This document shows, piece after piece, positions 60,039 to 64,000 of a stretch of 64,000 nt of DNA. The DNA comes from a virus. The position numbers and the translations under genes are program-made. Position 1 is the first letter of the stretch, and every line of letters starts with the position of its first letter. Where the stretch lies: the IMG/VR virus record IMGVR_UViG_3300034071_001262, one strand, 5' to 3'. Under the pieces are notes generated by a model. It was not told where the DNA came from. It saw only the letters and a list, made by a program, of their open reading frames with translations, and did no database searches.

Positions 60039-63000
60039 TTACTCTAAATAACCTCTAGTAGTTAGTGTGGTCAGATTGCTTTGTGGTTGTTCAATGTATA
60101 ACGAAAAAGTTCCAGTAGATGGTGTTGGTCCTAATACACACAAATCAGTAGATCCACTACCATAAAATGCTCCACTAATTGCTGTAGTAATTGTAGAAGT
60201 TGGATTTAAATCCTTAATAAATAGTCCTAGCGCATTAGCAGTTGGTCTTTCCATATAAAGCGACATACCACTAGCATTCGCAATACTGCCAACAACATTT
60301 AGTGTTTGATATTTTTCAGAGGCAAAAAATGAGCCTGCATCATTGTTACCAGTAATTGTTGTTATTAAATATCCAGAATGTATGTATGCGCCATCTTCTG
60401 AGATTTCTGGAATTGGTGCAGAAATAAATATGGTGGCATCTGTGTTTAAGTATTCACGATCTGGACCGTTTATATATAACGAATGAGAATCAAATGTGTC
60501 ATAAACAGACGATGGTCTAGCGTTGATGTGCAGAGTATTGCCTACTGCCTTATATTCAGATCCAGAGGAAACTACAAAACTGTCAATAAATATTGATGTT
60601 GCATTATTGGCGTATGCGTCTTTGCCAATAAATAGTGGTGTTGTTCTATATATGTCGCCAAGTATAGCGCCGCTAGTACTAAAGAACATGCCGCTATTAT
60701 TAATTATATCATATCCAACAATAACTGTATTTATACCAGTGGCTCTATTGATATGCCCGGTTACAATTAAACTAGCTGAATTATTGTCCATAAATATTCC
60801 ACTAGTTGTTAGTGTTGTATTTATGGTTGCGTTAGTATATCCTCTAGTATACAATTTAGCTGTATTAGTGCGTATATTTTGTCCATAAGTATTTAAATTA
60901 ATACCAGACGCGCTATTAATTGCTGATGATGTCCATAATGTAGTATTGATGTTATATATATCTTTACCAGTAATATTGGTTGTAAATTCATCAGAATTAA
61001 TTTGTATTTGCGAACTAATATATAGGGTGGTTGCGTTGTCGTTGACATATTCTATATGTAATGGCATATCGCCCAAGCCAAAATTACTAGCAGCTACTAA
61101 ACTTAATCCACTAGATATAATTTCTTTACCATAAATGCTAGTTAATAAAGTATCATTTAGTATCTCATGTGATAGTGTTTGTAATGTTAAAGTGTTGTTT
61201 TTTGCCGGTGGACCGCCAATAAATAATGTAAATCCAATTGGCTGAACATCCATTATAAATACTTTTTGTAAATCAAATGTGAAATTAGAATTATCGCTAC
61301 GTGTTCTAAATTCTCTTACTAGGCCCAGCTTTCTAGTTGAATTACCAAAATTTAGCCTCTTCATAGATAATACATGCTGAGATCTGGTTGTTATTGATGG
61401 GTTGATCAATACTGGATCATATGGTTTAGTTTCGTTTTCTATGTTGGCTCTAGCTTCATTAAGAGTAGTATATTCTGATTGAGTATAAGCTAAACTAGCA
61501 ACTAATGTTGAGCCATTTGACAAATTATGTATCAATCCATTGCCAGCAGAAGAATTGGAAAAAGTTATCGGTGTATTTTTATCTATAAGTACTATATATG
61601 AGCCAAAATTATTTTGACTATTTAATGTATAACCAAGCGGCAAAGAAATATCATTAATAGAATACTGATCTAATAGAGCGATATTAGAGCCTTCAATATT
61701 AAATAAATAAACTTTTCCACCATTAATCTCATTAGAGCCAGAGCCACCGGGTTCAGATATCGCGGTATTACCATCCATGTAATCAAAATCAAAACCAAAT
61801 AAGCAATATTCTTTATCTTCGATTCCCGAACTAGTATAGTTATTTAGATTTGCTATCACATTGGAAGATGTATTGCCTTTACCATACATGGCACCAACAT
61901 AATTCCAAGTAGAAGATCCAGTTGGAAGACGATATATATAAACTGCACCAATCGCATTTGGATTATGTGGTTGTGTTAATGTATTAAATACAAATGGGTC
62001 AAATAATTGTGCGCCAATCAACATAATATGACTGTCAGAACGATATTCATTATATATCTTTAATGGAATACCAAAACCAGCTTTCTTTCTAGAATCAGAA
62101 ATATATGGTGAATTATTTGTATTTGTATAATATTGAACATCTGGATGTTCTGCATAATCTATAACTACTTGTAATGAACTATAATTTTCGCTAGCTAACA
62201 ATCTACAAATTTGCCCCCATTGTCCATTATGTCTTTCGAAATATAAATCATCTTGACAGAATGCAAGATTGTATGCTGCGGAATATTTGCTTTGATCGTT
62301 TCCACTTTCTTGTAGAATATAATAATGATAATGATCTACATAATAAGTTGTTTGACCTACAAATGATGTAACATTAGATGTTCCTGTCTGTAAATCAGAC
62401 AGTTTGAATAATATAATTACATTGAACGTTTTTGTTTCATTCGTGGTTCCAACACTATAATACAGTCTTACTCGTAAAGAAATTGCACAAGTATTAAAAT
62501 CAGAAATCTTCAAATCGTTAACGACTATAGAAGATAAAGAATCATCAATGTTAGAATTAGAAAACACACCAGAGAAATATGACTTTAATTGTCTTCTAAT
62601 AGTAACAAATGAATCACCAAATGGTAAATCAGTTATACCATTTTTACCATATAATGAATCTGATGCTTCCGATGTGCCGGGAACAACTTTTGCCAAGCCC
62701 ATGCTAATTTTAGATATAAATTGTACATTCTTGTTATCTACTATTTTATAGATATCTATATCTGCGATATCTTCATTTTTACTTCCGAGAACAAAATATC
62801 TGCCATTAGAATCATATATATCGCGTTTTAATAAGTGATTCAACTGCCCAAAATTTGTTATAGATTCGTCACGATAAAATGCTCTTGTTGCATTATTATC
62901 AACATCACTGATCTGTGTAATGTATGCCGCATTATTACTTTCTAGTAACTTATTTTGTGAACCGAGATATACATTTGTCGCAGAAATCGATTTTGTTTTT

Positions 63001-63998
63001 TGTAAAAATTGATTACTACTAGTTAAAGAAACTCTGGTTAATGAGTTTGTAGTTGTAGAGCTATTATTATATGTTAAGGTTGTGGCATAGGTTTCTGGTA
63101 AATGGGAAATGTCTACAATAGATTCATTTCTTTGTAGATTAAAATTGTTTTCTCCATTATTAATATTGTTTGCAGAGTCTATAAAACCATCAATATATAA
63201 TGTGGTTTGATGATTAATGGGTCTTTCAGTATCTATAATTGCTAATGTAGTGTGTTTAGATTCTGCTTCAAACTGTGTACCTATAAACAGTGGTGCGTCT
63301 GTAGTTATAACCTCGATTGTTGGAGTAAATGATAAAGTAAATGATTGATTAACAAATTGCGCGCCCTCAACATTTAATGTATGAATATCTGTTACTGGTC
63401 TATTCATAACCAAAGTTGTAGCATTATTTTGTGATGTAACACCATTAACAATTAAATTCGCAACACCAAAATCATAATCTAAACCACGAGTCACAAGTCT
63501 AAATGTATTGTTGCTATACGCCAAACCGCGAGTATTTAAAGGTATACTTGATGGTGCTAAAACTGGTCCAAGAACCACTAATGGAATTTGTCCAGTGCCT
63601 AATGGTTGAAAAGTAAGCGTGAGACTATTATCAATGTCTGGAGTAGTAATTGATAATGGCATAATAGCCGATGGAGCAACTTCATATGTAAATAATGACA
63701 TAAACTCAAAATTTGGTGCCTCAATATTAAGAGTAATGCCAGTTTGTATAAATGGTTGACCAATAAATAATGAAAAGGCTGTTGGTGTATTAATTTTTTG
63801 CAAACCATTTACATATAATGTGGTTTCTAATCGCTTTGATTTATCTTTGATAAACAGAGTTGTCGCAGAAATCTCTTGTTTTAATGCGCCAATATATAAT
63901 GGTAAATAATCCAAGTCAAGAATATCCATAGACCCAAGTAAATTATTTGCACCAATATAAGCAGATCCAAGAACACCGCTGATGCTATTATAAGTTTG
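60039..63998 (-). CDS. Large fibre/adhesin-like virion protein with FG-GAP-like propeller, 5'-truncated
   Basis: Frame stays open past ATG 63929 to the window end; short L.L.I.G beta repeats flank FG...LIGA...GAVYIY / FG...ISEPG...GKVYLF blades. Confidence 0.6.
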   Translation of the reverse strand, partial: QTYNSISGVLGSAYIGANNLLGSMDILDLDYLPLYIGALKQEISATTLFIKDKSKRLETTLYVNGLQKINTPTAFSLFIGQPFIQTGITLNIEAPNFEFMSLFTYEVAPSAIMPLSITTPDIDNSLTLTFQPLGTGQIPLVVLGPVLAPSSIPLNTRGLAYSNNTFRLVTRGLDYDFGVANLIVNGVTSQNNATTLVMNRPVTDIHTLNVEGAQFVNQSFTLSFTPTIEVITTDAPLFIGTQFEAESKHTTLAIIDTERPINHQTTLYIDGFIDSANNINNGENNFNLQRNESIVDISHLPETYATTLTYNNSSTTTNSLTRVSLTSSNQFLQKTKSISATNVYLGSQNKLLESNNAAYITQISDVDNNATRAFYRDESITNFGQLNHLLKRDIYDSNGRYFVLGSKNEDIADIDIYKIVDNKNVQFISKISMGLAKVVPGTSEASDSLYGKNGITDLPFGDSFVTIRRQLKSYFSGVFSNSNIDDSLSSIVVNDLKISDFNTCAISLRVRLYYSVGTTNETKTFNVIILFKLSDLQTGTSNVTSFVGQTTYYVDHYHYYILQESGNDQSKYSAAYNLAFCQDDLYFERHNGQWGQICRLLASENYSSLQVVIDYAEHPDVQYYTNTNNSPYISDSRKKAGFGIPLKIYNEYRSDSHIMLIGAQLFDPFVFNTLTQPHNPNAIGAVYIYRLPTGSSTWNYVGAMYGKGNTSSNVIANLNNYTSSGIEDKEYCLFGFDFDYMDGNTAISEPGGSGSNEINGGKVYLFNIEGSNIALLDQYSINDISLPLGYTLNSQNNFGSYIVLIDKNTPITFSNSSAGNGLIHNLSNGSTLVASLAYTQSEYTTLNEARANIENETKPYDPVLINPSITTRSQHVLSMKRLNFGNSTRKLGLVREFRTRSDNSNFTFDLQKVFIMDVQPIGFTLFIGGPPAKNNTLTLQTLSHEILNDTLLTSIYGKEIISSGLSLVAASNFGLGDMPLHIEYVNDNATTLYISSQIQINSDEFTTNITGKDIYNINTTLWTSSAINSASGINLNTYGQNIRTNTAKLYTRGYTNATINTTLTTSGIFMDNNSASLIVTGHINRATGINTVIVGYDIINNSGMFFSTSGAILGDIYRTTPLFIGKDAYANNATSIFIDSFVVSSGSEYKAVGNTLHINARPSSVYDTFDSHSLYINGPDREYLNTDATIFISAPIPEISEDGAYIHSGYLITTITGNNDAGSFFASEKYQTLNVVGSIANASGMSLYMERPTANALGLFIKDLNPTSTITTAISGAFYGSGSTDLCVLGPTPSTGTFSLYIEQPQSNLTTLTTRGYLE

Positions 63999-64000
63999 TA

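Noticed and set aside
1-64000. Alternative genetic code (TAG/TGA recoding) as in some jumbo phages
   Set aside because: Conserved genes are full length under code 11, and TAA, TGA and TAG all end genes at sensible positions.
1-64000. tRNA, rRNA or structured ncRNA genes
   Set aside because: Intergenic gaps are under ~90 nt and no cloverleaf or T-loop pattern was noticed; a tRNAscan-SE/Infernal run would confirm.

Overview
AT-rich, gene-dense 64-kb fragment of a large (probably jumbo) dsDNA tailed phage, standard genetic code. A Tat-signal DUF1501 gene points to a Planctomycetota/PVC host (inference). Plus strand (1-49.4 kb), in order: glycan-modification cluster I (GTs, sulfotransferase, nucleotidyltransferase, DUF1501, thioredoxin); papain-like protease plus holin-like membrane genes; a small sigma factor; NrdJ, dUTPase, PhoH; RecA, DnaB, DnaG, dNMP kinase, PD-(D/E)XK nucleases; a DNA polymerase III alpha split into two intein-less genes with a DnaQ-like exonuclease between them; SSB; a ~15.6-kb glycan cluster II (GT4, GT2, GT10, GT25, GT47, Fcl/ColC-like reductase, ColD-like dehydratase). 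A bidirectional terminator at ~49.43 kb separates this from a convergent minus-strand virion/tail module with a 10-repeat protein and an FG-GAP propeller fibre. Best leads: (1) the split DnaE-N/orf/DnaQ/DnaE-C replicase; (2) a large phage glycosylation apparatus with a likely colitose/fucose pathway, sulfation and a zinc-ribbon GT-B next to the replisome genes; (3) apparent window-wide absence of CCWGG; (4) a protease-holin cassette with no muralytic enzyme in view. No tRNA, rRNA or CRISPR array was seen. All product calls come from motif recognition by eye, not database searches.
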